The notes: a model not told the origin generated them from the sequence alone. Shown: positions 36,132-45,746, counted from the stretch's first letter. The stretch: 64,000 bases of DNA from an uncultured Eubacteriales bacterium (GCA_949287075.1 CASEEU010000083.1:3039-67038), one strand, 5' to 3'. Translations and numbers: made by a program.

Positions 36132-36749
36132 ATGGTAGAAGTATTATGTCATAGTAGCATTAAAATAACAGAAGATGTGATTATCTATATAGATCCATTT
36201 AAAATAGATAAAGAATATCATGATGCAGATTATATATTTTTTACACATTCTCATTATGATCATTTTTCACCAGAAGATATTGAAAAAGTAAGAAAAGAAA
36301 ATACAGTATTTATTGTTACAGAAGATATAAAAGTAAAAGCTGAAAAATTATTTAATAGAGAAAATGTATTTGCGGTTGAGCCAAGTAAAAGTTATCATGT
36401 TCATGGACTAGATTTTAAAGCAACATATGCATATAATGAGAATAAAGCATTTCATCCAAAAGAGAATAGATGGGTAGGATATATTATTGAAGTAAACCAT
36501 AAAACATATTATATAGCAGGAGATACAGATAACATAGAAGAAATTCAAAATATAGAATGTGATGAAGCATATATTCCAATTGGGGGAACATATACCATGA
36601 ATTATCAAGAGGCAGCTGAATTAGCAAATACAATTAAAGCAAAAGTTGTTATACCGACACATTACGGAAGTATTGTAGGTGATAAAAAGGATGCGACAAA
36701 ATTTAAAGAACTTGTGAAGAATAAGGAAGTAAAAATTTTAATAAAGTAG
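36132..36749 (+). CDS. MBL-fold metallo-hydrolase
   Basis: 205 aa. FTHSHYDH (HxHxDH) motif. Confidence 0.75.
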   Translation: MVEVLCHSSIKITEDVIIYIDPFKIDKEYHDADYIFFTHSHYDHFSPEDIEKVRKENTVFIVTEDIKVKAEKLFNRENVFAVEPSKSYHVHGLDFKATYAYNENKAFHPKENRWVGYIIEVNHKTYYIAGDTDNIEEIQNIECDEAYIPIGGTYTMNYQEAAELANTIKAKVVIPTHYGSIVGDKKDATKFKELVKNKEVKILIK

Positions 36750-36760
36750 GAGGCAAAAAA

Positions 36761-38515
36761 ATGGTTAATGAAACAGAAAAAAAGCTATATGAAATAATTG
36801 ATCAGATACCAGTAACGGAAAATAATAGAAAAAAAATAACAGAGATTAAAATGGCAGTTGGAGCAGGGGAATATAAAGAGGCATTGGCAAAACTAAAAGA
36901 GTTAAATGATGAAGATGAAAAAGCGTTAGAGGAAGAAGATGAAAATCTATTAGAAGAAAATGAGGAAGGAATGTTCCCAACTAAATTAAAGAATCCAGAA
37001 TTAGAGCGTATATATATGGGATTATTGTTAGAAAATCCTAAATCTATTTCTAGATATTATTATGTATATAGAGAGTGTTATTTTGAAGATGATGATGTTT
37101 TAAATGTATATAAAAGTGTATTGTTTACAGAAGGTGGAAAATATACTCCTGAGATAGCAAAAGATGGATTTAACTTTTCTAAAGATTCAGAAGAAGTATA
37201 TAAATTTAAAAATCAATTAAAAAAAGATGTTAGAGATAAAAACTATGACATGGAAAAAGTCTATACAGATTTAAAAAAATTATTTATTTTAAGAAGAGCA
37301 TATTTAAGTAACCCTGTAAAAAATATACAAGATAAGATTATTGAAATTATTGATTATGAGTTATATGATCAAATGTCAGTAGAAGAAGTAGAAGCAGCAA
37401 TTAATCAAGTAACAGTAACAGATAAATTTAAACAAACTGTTTTAAATAAAAATTTAACAAATTTTATTGAAGAAGGTTCTAATAATTTAGCAAATGGATT
37501 ACCATTACCATTTCCTATATTAACGCAAGTGTTTAAAGGGATTAGAAAAGGAGAAACCATGGCATATGCTATGCCATCTAACTCAGGAAAAAGTAGGTTT
37601 GCCATAGACTTAGCAGCATATACAGCATTTGTGAATAAGAAAAAAGTTTTAATTATTTCAAATGAGATGTCAGAAGAAAAAATGAAACTATGTTTAATTA
37701 CAACTATTGTCAATAATCCAGAAATTCAAAAAATTCATGGACAACAAATAAGTATCACAGAAAATGAAATTTTGGCATTACAATTTAAAGCAGATGATCC
37801 TAAAAAAGTAAAAGTAGATGAACAAGGACATGTCTTAAAAGAAAAAGATGAAAAACAAAGGGATTTTATAAAGAGATTAGAGAAAGAGTCTACACAATTT
37901 AAACAAGTTATCACTGTAACAAATTGGATTAATAAAGAAATTAATAATTCTATCTATTTTATGAATATAACAGATCATACTAATGATGAACTAAAAAAAG
38001 TTATTATGAATTATTATTATAAAGAAAAGATAGAATATGTATTTTATGATACATTAAAAACAGATACAGCCAATATTGGTAATCCTGAAGAAATCAAAAA
38101 GACAGCAACTATTTTATCTAATATTGCACAAAACTTTGAAATCTTTATCTGTTCTTCATTACAATTAGCAGAAGCATCTACATTACCAATTAATCTAGAT
38201 GTTAATGATTTAGCAGTTAGTAGAACAGTAAAAGAGGTATTAGATACATTATGTTTAATCAAACAAATTAATCGAGACCATTTACAAGATTATGAATATT
38301 CTTTAAAAGAAGTAGATACCACATTTTATGACTTAGAAAAATTTGAAGATCCAGATGTTAGATATTATGCTTGCGTTGTAGATAAGAACAGAGCAGGTCC
38401 TAAACCTAAATTAGTTTTCAGATTAAATTTAGCATATAATAGTTGGGAAGAATTAGGATATTTACGTTTAAAACAAACAGGAAATCAAGAAGAAAATAAT
38501 GAATATTATGTTTAA
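36761..38515 (+). CDS. DnaB-like helicase family protein with atypical Walker A and acidic N-terminal extension
   Basis: 584 aa. A DnaB-N-like segment (RIYMGLLLENPKSISRYY...VLNVYKSV) is present. The RecA-like C-domain carries AMPSNSGKSRFAIDLA where canonical DnaB has ARPxMGKTAF. Confidence 0.55.
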   Translation: MVNETEKKLYEIIDQIPVTENNRKKITEIKMAVGAGEYKEALAKLKELNDEDEKALEEEDENLLEENEEGMFPTKLKNPELERIYMGLLLENPKSISRYYYVYRECYFEDDDVLNVYKSVLFTEGGKYTPEIAKDGFNFSKDSEEVYKFKNQLKKDVRDKNYDMEKVYTDLKKLFILRRAYLSNPVKNIQDKIIEIIDYELYDQMSVEEVEAAINQVTVTDKFKQTVLNKNLTNFIEEGSNNLANGLPLPFPILTQVFKGIRKGETMAYAMPSNSGKSRFAIDLAAYTAFVNKKKVLIISNEMSEEKMKLCLITTIVNNPEIQKIHGQQISITENEILALQFKADDPKKVKVDEQGHVLKEKDEKQRDFIKRLEKESTQFKQVITVTNWINKEINNSIYFMNITDHTNDELKKVIMNYYYKEKIEYVFYDTLKTDTANIGNPEEIKKTATILSNIAQNFEIFICSSLQLAEASTLPINLDVNDLAVSRTVKEVLDTLCLIKQINRDHLQDYEYSLKEVDTTFYDLEKFEDPDVRYYACVVDKNRAGPKPKLVFRLNLAYNSWEELGYLRLKQTGNQEENNEYYV

Positions 38516-38853
38516 AATAATAAAAAGAATAGGTAAAAGAGAAATAGTAGTAATGAAAATAAATAAAATTACTACTATTTTTAAATAGAATACTTGAAAA
38601 GTGGAATTTAAAAATCCAATTTATAAAACTATAAATATTATAAAATAAATGAGATGTCTAAATCCATCGAATATTGCAATATAAAACATATGATATACAA
38701 AAAGGATACATATTATGTGCGCATAAAATCGAAAAAATAGAAAGAAGATAAAAAATAGTAGAAATATGTAAAATAATGCGATGAAAAGTTCTTGCAATGT
38801 CAATTTCTTCATAGTATTATGGAAAAGTACGAAAGAGGAAAGGGAGATGAAAT

Positions 38854-39171
38854 ATGAGAACTTTTTTTGGTGGAAAATTTATAGAAAAAGAAAAATTGAT
38901 AGAAGCTGGAATTCAGTATCCAATAAAATTAGAATATTATAAAAAAATAAATGAAGACCAATTTATCAAAAAAGAAAATGCAAAATTTGGAATTGCAGTT
39001 GTAAAAACAGAATATATACCAAACAACACAAAAATAGAAAATAAGGAAATAACATATTTATCAAATGATGAGCAAAAAGTAGAAAAAATATTAAAATTAT
39101 TTAAAGAAAATGAAGTAACACCTATTGGAGTAGAAGACGTCCTAGCAGATTTAAGTAAAGAATTATTTTAA
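38854..39171 (+). CDS. Hypothetical protein
   Basis: 105 aa ORF with a GGAAAGGGAG RBS. It lies upstream of topA. No motif was recognised. Confidence 0.5.
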   Translation: MRTFFGGKFIEKEKLIEAGIQYPIKLEYYKKINEDQFIKKENAKFGIAVVKTEYIPNNTKIENKEITYLSNDEQKVEKILKLFKENEVTPIGVEDVLADLSKELF

Positions 39172-39325
39172 GAGTCAAAGGTTGTCAAAAGTTTCTATTT
39201 TATTTATTTCTTAGGCAACCCTTAGAGGATAAAATTTGTAAAAAACTTGCAAAATATTTTCTTTTAAGCTAGAATACTATATATGGAATAAGAAATATTC
39301 GAAAAAATAAATGGAGGAAGTCTGA

Positions 39326-41416
39326 ATGGCTGATAAATTAATTATCGTAGAGTCACCAGCAAAAGCAAATACGATAAAAAAATTTTTAGGTGGCAGTACA
39401 AAGGTTGTAGCATCAATGGGACATATTAGAGATTTACCAAAATCAAAAATGGGAATTGATATAGAACATGACTTTGAACCAGAGTACATAAACATTAGAG
39501 GAAAAGGAGACCTAATAAAATCACTAAAAAAAGATGCAAAACAAGCAAAAAAAATATATATCGCAACTGACCCTGACCGTGAAGGAGAAGCAATTGCATG
39601 GCATTTAGCAAAAATTTTAGAAGATGAAAAAGATAAAATTGTAAGAGTAACTTTTAATGAGATTACAAAAAATGCCGTACAAAAAGCGATTAAACAACCT
39701 AGAGATATAGATGTGAATTTAGTAGATGCCCAACAAGCAAGAAGAGTGTTGGATAGAATTGTGGGATATAAAATTAGTCCTGTGTTATGGAAAAAAGTTA
39801 GAAGAGGATTATCAGCAGGAAGAGTGCAATCTGTTGCTGTTAAACTAATTGTAGATAGAGAAGATGAAATTGAAAAATTTATTCCAGAAGAATATTGGAA
39901 TATCTATGCAAATCTAGAAGATACTAAAACAAAAAAAGAATTTGAAGCACATTTTTATGGAAAAGATGGGAAAAAATTAGACATCCATTCAAATGATGAA
40001 GTTCAAGTAATTTTAGATAATATCAAAAATGCAAAATATATTGTCAGTGAAGTGAAAAAAGGTGAGAAAAAAAGAACACCTGCACCACCATTTACAACAA
40101 GTACAATGCAACAAGAAGCTTCAAGAAAACTAGGATTTACATTAAAGAAAACGATGTCTATCGCACAAGGATTATATGAAGGTGTAAAAATTCCTGAAAA
40201 AGGAACAGTGGGATTAATTACTTATATGAGAACTGACTCAACAAGAATATCTGAAGAAGCAAGAAATGTTGCAAAAACACAAATCACAAAATTATATGGT
40301 GAAAACTATTATGAAAATCGATATTACAAAACAAAAAAAGATGCACAAGATGCGCATGAAGCAATTAGACCAACCTATATTGATATTGAGCCAGATAGCA
40401 TAAAGACAAGTTTAACAAATGATCAATATAAATTATACAAATTAGTATATAATCGATTCTTAGCTAGTCAAATGGCACCAGCAGTTTATGATACAATGAA
40501 TGTAAATATTAAAGCAAATTCGTATGATTTTAAAGCAAATGGACAAATGTTAAAATTTAAGGGATTTATGACTTTATATGTTGAAGGTACTGATAAAGAA
40601 GAAAAAGAGGAAGAAGGAATGCTTCCAGAACTTGAAGAAAATCAAGAAGTAAAATTAAAAAAATTGAATCCAAAACAAAGCTTTACAGAACCACCACCAA
40701 GATATACAGAGGCAAGTTTGGTAAAAGCTTTAGAGGAAAAAGGAATTGGAAGACCTAGTACCTATTCACCAACAATTACAACCATTTTAGAAAGAAGATA
40801 TATAGAAAAAGAAAAGAAACAATTATATCCAACAGAATTAGGAAAAGTAGTTAATAAACTATTAACAGAAAATTTTACAGATGTTATTAATGTAGAATTT
40901 ACTGCAAAAATAGAGGATGAATTTGATGAGATTGCAGAAGGACATGAAAAATGGAAAAAAATGATTCGAGAATTCTATGGACCATTTGAAGAAGAAGTAG
41001 AAAAAGTAGAAAAAGAATTAGAACATGTGGAAATGGTTGATGAAGTTTCAGATGTTAAATGTGAAAAATGCGGAAGAATGATGGTATATAAGTATGGAAG
41101 ATATGGAAAATTCTTAGCATGTCCAGGATATCCTGAATGTAAGAATGCAAAACCAATCATAGAAACGATTGATGTACCATGTCCTAAATGTGGAGCAACT
41201 GTGCAAGTTAGAAAAACAAAAAGAGGAAGAAAATATTACATTTGTGAAAACAATCCAAAATCATGTGATTACATTTCATGGAATCAACCAAAAGTAGGAG
41301 AAGAATGGAACCCAGAAGAGAAAGCAGAATTTGAAAAAACAAATACAACGAAAAAGAAAACAAGAAAAACGAAAACTAAAAAAACAACCAAGAAGACAAC
41401 AAATAAGAAAAAATAA
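39326..41416 (+). CDS. topA: DNA topoisomerase I
   Basis: 696 aa. TOPRIM is LIIVESPAKANTIKKFLG. The active-site Tyr region is GLITYMRTDS. C-terminal Cys4 zinc ribbons are present (CEKCGRMM...CPGYPEC and CPKCGA...CEN), with a Lys-rich tail. Confidence 0.95.
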   Translation: MADKLIIVESPAKANTIKKFLGGSTKVVASMGHIRDLPKSKMGIDIEHDFEPEYINIRGKGDLIKSLKKDAKQAKKIYIATDPDREGEAIAWHLAKILEDEKDKIVRVTFNEITKNAVQKAIKQPRDIDVNLVDAQQARRVLDRIVGYKISPVLWKKVRRGLSAGRVQSVAVKLIVDREDEIEKFIPEEYWNIYANLEDTKTKKEFEAHFYGKDGKKLDIHSNDEVQVILDNIKNAKYIVSEVKKGEKKRTPAPPFTTSTMQQEASRKLGFTLKKTMSIAQGLYEGVKIPEKGTVGLITYMRTDSTRISEEARNVAKTQITKLYGENYYENRYYKTKKDAQDAHEAIRPTYIDIEPDSIKTSLTNDQYKLYKLVYNRFLASQMAPAVYDTMNVNIKANSYDFKANGQMLKFKGFMTLYVEGTDKEEKEEEGMLPELEENQEVKLKKLNPKQSFTEPPPRYTEASLVKALEEKGIGRPSTYSPTITTILERRYIEKEKKQLYPTELGKVVNKLLTENFTDVINVEFTAKIEDEFDEIAEGHEKWKKMIREFYGPFEEEVEKVEKELEHVEMVDEVSDVKCEKCGRMMVYKYGRYGKFLACPGYPECKNAKPIIETIDVPCPKCGATVQVRKTKRGRKYYICENNPKSCDYISWNQPKVGEEWNPEEKAEFEKTNTTKKKTRKTKTKKTTKKTTNKKK

Positions 41417-41436
41417 AGTAAAAAAGAGGATAAAAT

Positions 41437-42903
41437 ATGAAGAAATATTCATTAGAAATAACGGTGTTTTTAAGTGGTGCACTAACCATGATGTTAGAGC
41501 TAATTGCAGCAAGAGTATTATCACCATATGTGGGAAGTTCTAATTTGATATGGACGACCATTATAGGAATCATGTTAACAAGTATGAGCATAGGATATTG
41601 GTTTGGTGGAAAAATGGCAGATAAAAATAAAGAAAATGACATAAAGATTTTATCTAATTATTTATTGGTTTCTGCCATTGCAACAAGCATTATACCAATA
41701 CTAGAAGTTATATTTATAGATGTGTTATCGCAACTTTCAAGTAACTTAATTGTTGTTGCTATCATATGTGCAACTGTCACATTTGGAATACCAAGTTTCT
41801 TATTAGCAACTGTATCTCCAATAGCAGTAAAAATAAAAAATAATAGTATGGATCATATAGGTGCAACATCAGGAAAAATATCATCACTATCTACAATAGG
41901 AAGTATTTTTGGTACATTTTTTGCAGGATTTATATTGATACCAAATTTAGGGGTAAGAAATATTATATTAGGATGCTCTATTTTGTTATGGATATTATCT
42001 GTATATCTATTTAACAAAAAGGATAAGAAATATTATATGTTAATGATGGTAGAATTAGTTGTTATTATTGCTCTGAATCTATTAGGAGGATATCTATTTC
42101 AAATAAAAAATCCTGAAATAACAAAAGATGTTGATTCTGAGTATAGTAGAATATGGGTAACAAATCTTAATGTAGATGAAACTACTTATAAGACGCTACA
42201 AGTAGATACAGGTTTAGAATCTTACATAAATCAAGAAACTGGAGAAATGGGAGCAACATATTTATATTATTATGATTTATTTGAATATTATGATAAAGAA
42301 GCAAATAATGCATTGATGATAGGTGGAGCAGCATATACTTATCCAATGCATTATTTAAAAAAATATGAGAATAAAACAATCGATGTTGTAGAAATTGACG
42401 AAAAAATGACACAGATTGCAGAAGAAGAATTTGGACTAGATAAGAACAATCCTAATTTGGGATTAATTACACAAGATGGAAGAAGCTATTTAAATTATAA
42501 TGAGAAAAAATATGATACAGTTTTTATAGATGCGTTTAAAGGTCTAAATGCTCCATTTGAATTAACAACCTATGAGGCTATGCAAAAGGTATATGATAGT
42601 TTAGATGAAAACGGAACAGTCATAACCAATATTATATCAGCAATCGAAGGGAAGGATGCAGACTTTATTAAATATGAATATAGCACATATAAGGCTGTAT
42701 TTGATGATGTAAAAGTATATCAGGTAAATTCAGATCATTTACCAGAAGAAAAGCAAAACTTAATCTTAGTAGGTATTAAAGGAAATGGAAATATAAATAC
42801 TGACAAAGAAGAAGAATATAATGAGTTATTAAGTAATGAAATAAAAGATTTTACGAGTGATAAACAAGTTGTTACAGATGATTATGCACCTATAGGAGAT
42901 TAA
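41437..42903 (+). CDS. Fused multi-pass membrane / spermidine synthase-like (class I methyltransferase fold) protein
   Basis: 488 aa. About 7 N-terminal TM helices precede a C-terminal aminopropyltransferase-like domain (ALMIGGAAYTYP...VVEIDEKM...DTVFIDAF). Confidence 0.7.
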   Translation: MKKYSLEITVFLSGALTMMLELIAARVLSPYVGSSNLIWTTIIGIMLTSMSIGYWFGGKMADKNKENDIKILSNYLLVSAIATSIIPILEVIFIDVLSQLSSNLIVVAIICATVTFGIPSFLLATVSPIAVKIKNNSMDHIGATSGKISSLSTIGSIFGTFFAGFILIPNLGVRNIILGCSILLWILSVYLFNKKDKKYYMLMMVELVVIIALNLLGGYLFQIKNPEITKDVDSEYSRIWVTNLNVDETTYKTLQVDTGLESYINQETGEMGATYLYYYDLFEYYDKEANNALMIGGAAYTYPMHYLKKYENKTIDVVEIDEKMTQIAEEEFGLDKNNPNLGLITQDGRSYLNYNEKKYDTVFIDAFKGLNAPFELTTYEAMQKVYDSLDENGTVITNIISAIEGKDADFIKYEYSTYKAVFDDVKVYQVNSDHLPEEKQNLILVGIKGNGNINTDKEEEYNELLSNEIKDFTSDKQVVTDDYAPIGD

Positions 42904-42904
42904 A

Positions 42905-42955
42905 ATTGCCAGGAGTTGCCAAAGGGGACGTGCCTTTTTGGCAACTTCTGGCAAT
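42905..42955 (+). terminator. Long hairpin terminator
   Basis: ATTGCCAGGAGTTGCCAAAGG-GGACGTG-CCTTTTTGGCAACTTCTGGCAAT, followed by TTCTT. Confidence 0.6.
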
Positions 42956-43043
42956 TTCTTATAAATTTATCTGTTCGATGGATGAGATTTGAAAAAAGTC
43001 TTGACTTTTACGAATATATTTGTTATCATATTATTTGCAAAAT

Positions 43044-43119
43044 GCGGGAATAGCTCAGTTGATAGAGCGCTGCCTTGCCAAGGCAGAGGTCGCGGGTTTG
43101 AGCCCCGTTTCCCGCTCCA
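43044..43119 (+). tRNA. tRNA-Gly (anticodon GCC)
   Basis: The cloverleaf was read by eye: acceptor GCGGGAA/TTCCCGC, D-arm GCTC..GAGC, anticodon stem CTGCC/GGCAG with loop TTGCCAA, T-arm GCGGG-TTTGAGC-CCCGT, and an encoded CCA. Confidence 0.9.
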
Positions 43120-43202
43120 ATTTTTGTTCCACTGTTACAAAAAATAAAAATGGTTATAATACAGTCATTGTTTATAAGTTTGGAACATATAATTTAATAT
43201 AT

Positions 43203-43277
43203 GGCGACATAGCCAAGTGGCTAAGGCACGAGTCTGCAAAACTCTGATCCCCGGTTCGAATCCGGGTGTCGCCTCCA
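43203..43277 (+). tRNA. tRNA-Cys (anticodon GCA)
   Basis: Acceptor GGCGACA/TGTCGCC, anticodon loop CTGCAAA, T-arm CCGGG-TTCGAAT-CCGGG with GTTCGAATC, and an encoded CCA. Confidence 0.9.
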
Positions 43278-43468
43278 ATTTGAATAAGTTTAGACGGTTA
43301 TTACTTAAAATGATACGATATATCAATATAACCGAAATTACAGAAAATACTGCCTTTTAAAACAGTATTTTATTTTTATATTTAACACAGAATATCATAG
43401 ATTATTGTAGAAAACTATAAGTATTGCAATAAAATTGCAGTAATTTTTTATAGTGTGAGGGAAAAATT

Positions 43469-44074
43469 ATGGAAGAAAAATATAATACTTTAGAATATTA
43501 TAACAAAAATGCAAAAATATATTGTGAACAAACATTAGAAGGAAATATGCAAGAGAATTATGATAAATTTTTACAGCATTTACCTTCTAATGCATATATT
43601 TTAGATTTCGGATGCGGTTCAGGAAGAGATAGTAAATATTTTATAGAAAATGGATATAAAGTTAAAGCAATAGATGGTTCAATTGAAATATGTAAGTTAG
43701 CTAGCAAATATATCAATCAAGAAGTGACATGTATGAATTTTAAAGAATTGGAAGATATAAATACATATGATGGTATATGGGCATGTTCTTCAATATTGCA
43801 TATTGAAAAAGAAAAACTGCCAAATATTCTTAATAAAATGATAAATGCTTTAAAAGTTAATGGAATAATTTATACTTCTTTTAAAATAGGAGAAGGTTTT
43901 GAGATAAAAGAAGAAAAATATTATAATTATTTAACTAAAAATGAGATGATACAAATACTAAAAGATTTAAATAGAAATGTTAAACTTATTGATTATTTTG
44001 AAACACTTCCAAGTACAAAAAGAATTGCAAAAAATACAATTTGGGGTAATTTCATTATAAAAAAGTTTGAGTAA
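43469..44074 (+). CDS. Class I SAM-dependent methyltransferase
   Basis: 201 aa. SAM-binding motif LDFGCGSGRDS. Confidence 0.75.
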   Translation: MEEKYNTLEYYNKNAKIYCEQTLEGNMQENYDKFLQHLPSNAYILDFGCGSGRDSKYFIENGYKVKAIDGSIEICKLASKYINQEVTCMNFKELEDINTYDGIWACSSILHIEKEKLPNILNKMINALKVNGIIYTSFKIGEGFEIKEEKYYNYLTKNEMIQILKDLNRNVKLIDYFETLPSTKRIAKNTIWGNFIIKKFE

Positions 44075-44118
44075 AATAAATATTTGACAAATACAAAAAA
44101 AGATGTTATTATATATTT

Positions 44119-44198
44119 AGCTTAAGCAAATGTGTCATAGGTCGTATGAGACATATATGTAACTGGTGTGTGTAACTGCAATTACACATACTTTTTTT
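44119..44198 (+). ncRNA. Candidate small antisense-type RNA A (cognate to small ORF A)
   Basis: Promoter: TTGACA (44084-44089), 17 nt spacer, TATTAT (44107-44112). Terminator: GTGTGTGTAA-CTGCA-ATTACACATAC plus TTTTTTT (44166-44198). Segment 44140-44163 (GGTCGTATGAGACATATATGTAAC) resembles the + strand at 44381-44406, so the RNA is complementary to the start region of the minus-strand ORF A mRNA. Confidence 0.5.
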
Positions 44199-44294
44199 AT
44201 GCTAAAATAGAAAACTAATCCGACTTTATTGTCTATAACAATAAAAAGCAGAAACAAACTGCAATTTGTTCCCACTTTCGACTATGTATGCAAC

Positions 44295-44396
44295 CTAGTC
44301 TTTGTCATTCATCTTTTCATCTCTTAATTGGTAGTTCTTGTCTTTTTCAGTAAGTAACATTTCAATTAATCGTAAGATTAAGTCGTATGATGACAT
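44295..44396 (-). CDS. Small ORF A, 33 aa (MSSYDLILRLIEMLLTEKDKNYQLRDEKMNDKD)
   Basis: Not in the ORF track. RBS GGAAAGGGGG lies 9 nt before the ATG. Minus-strand promoter: TTGTTT (44485-44490 on +), 17 nt spacer, TGTAATAT (44462-44469 on +). A hairpin lies downstream near 44247-44275. Confidence 0.5.
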   Translation of the reverse strand: MSSYDLILRLIEMLLTEKDKNYQLRDEKMNDKD

Positions 44397-44831
44397 AGTA
44401 TGTAACCCCCTTTCCACCCTTGAGTAAGGATTGCCTTTCTGTCAATGAAAAGGTTGCTAATATATTACAATATTTTACAATAAAAAACAAGCGAACATGG
44501 TAAAAATTTACAATTAATTTATAGTATAAATAAAATATAAATTATGTAGTTGCAGTAAAATTGCAGTAATATTTTGGAGGTATAATTATGGAATATATAA
44601 AAAACTAATTATACATACATTGAATCACATATAGTTATTATTAAAAATATTACTTTTTAAGTTTTTTATTATTCAAATGATGTTTATATTTCTAACTTAA
44701 CTATAAAGATTAAATTATCAGAGATAGAAAATTATTTGAAAAATATATAATTTGTAAAGTCTTCAAACTATTGAATTTAAGCCAATATTTTGATATAATG
44801 AAAACTATAAAAATAGAAAGAAGGTAGAAAT

Positions 44832-45485
44832 TTGAATATAATTAAAACTTATTCAATCAATAGAAATAATATACATATAGATAATGAATTGAAAACTAAT
44901 GAAGCAATCATAGTGTGTAATCATTATATAATGGAACAATTATCAAGGAACGGTGTAACTTTTGACGAGATGTATCCTGGAGTATTTATAGTTACTTCTT
45001 TAAATGGTAATTCAACAATGCAAGATATAGAAAAAATTAATAGATTAATTAGACTATATGATCCAGATTTAATAGACGAAAGTAATTTAGTAGCTCAAAT
45101 GTCTCAAGAAAAAATGGATGCTTTTTTTCAAAATCATTTTTGGTCTGACGGAGAAAAGAAAAAAATGCATATAAAAAGCGTTGAATATAGAGGAAAACGA
45201 TTTGATATTGATCCAGGTTCTTTAATCGTTACATATCAAGAAGGTAAAAGAGGTAAAGAATTTACTTTCAATTTTAGAGATGGTAGTACAGATTTGCTTG
45301 GATATACAGAAGATTGGGTACGAATAGAAGATGTATGGGATAAGTATTTATTTGATGAGACTGTAAAACCATGGCTAGAAAAAAATAAATTACGTTTGTC
45401 TGTAAAAGTTCATAATAGTTCGACTGTGTTAAATAATCAAAATAAGGCAAGAGTTACTAGAACAATTGAACTAGAAGAAAAATAG
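44832..45485 (+). CDS. Hypothetical protein (orphan cargo between the two sRNA/small-ORF modules)
   Basis: 217 aa with a TTG start behind GAAGGTAG. Its own promoter is TTGAAT, 17 nt spacer, TGATATAAT (about 44772-44800). No motif was recognised. Confidence 0.6.
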   Translation: MNIIKTYSINRNNIHIDNELKTNEAIIVCNHYIMEQLSRNGVTFDEMYPGVFIVTSLNGNSTMQDIEKINRLIRLYDPDLIDESNLVAQMSQEKMDAFFQNHFWSDGEKKKMHIKSVEYRGKRFDIDPGSLIVTYQEGKRGKEFTFNFRDGSTDLLGYTEDWVRIEDVWDKYLFDETVKPWLEKNKLRLSVKVHNSSTVLNNQNKARVTRTIELEEK

Positions 45486-45667
45486 CAATATCTATTGATA
45501 ATATAAGTTAAATTTATATAATTTTTTATTGAAAGTATCTATAATATTTTTTGGTTGAGACATTTTCTCAAGTGATTTATTAAGACATTATCACAAATGA
45601 ATCAGATTATAAAAAATTTTGAGTAAAAATATTTGACAAAAATATATATAAATGCTATTATATAATT

Positions 45668-45746
45668 ACATTAAATAAAACATTCAAAGTTCTGCGAATG
45701 TCATTTGTGCTTGTATGTGTATCACAACTACACATACTTTTTTTTT
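45668..45746 (+). ncRNA. Candidate small antisense-type RNA B (cognate to small ORF B)
   Basis: Promoter: TTGACA (45633-45638), 17 nt spacer, TATTAT (45656-45661). Terminator: GTATGTGTA-TCACAAC-TACACATAC plus T9 (45713-45746). Segment 45688-45712 (AGTTCTGCGAATGTCATTTGTGCTT) matches the + strand at 45903-45927 at 22 of 25 positions, so the RNA is complementary to the ORF B start region. Confidence 0.5.

Noticed and set aside
38621-38812. 63 aa hydrophobic minus-strand ORF between the DnaB-like gene and the 105 aa gene.
   Set aside because: It has no RBS upstream of the ATG. Its composition (Phe/Ile/Leu) is what AT-rich non-coding DNA yields. It also overlaps the likely promoter region of the + strand gene at 38854.
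41331-41642. ORFs overlapping the topA 3' end and the start of the next gene (41276..41527, 41331..41543, 41376..41642).
   Set aside because: They derive from the AAG/AAA-rich tail of topA and from the antisense of the membrane protein. None has signals.
43020-43247. 75 aa ORF in the ORF track.
   Set aside because: It runs straight through tRNA-Gly and into tRNA-Cys, and its translation is meaningless. The tRNA cloverleaves explain the sequence.
44119-44198. Possibility that the small RNAs of modules A and B encode peptides.
   Set aside because: Only a 9-codon ATG frame without an RBS is present in sRNA A, and none of note in sRNA B. A non-coding antisense role fits better.
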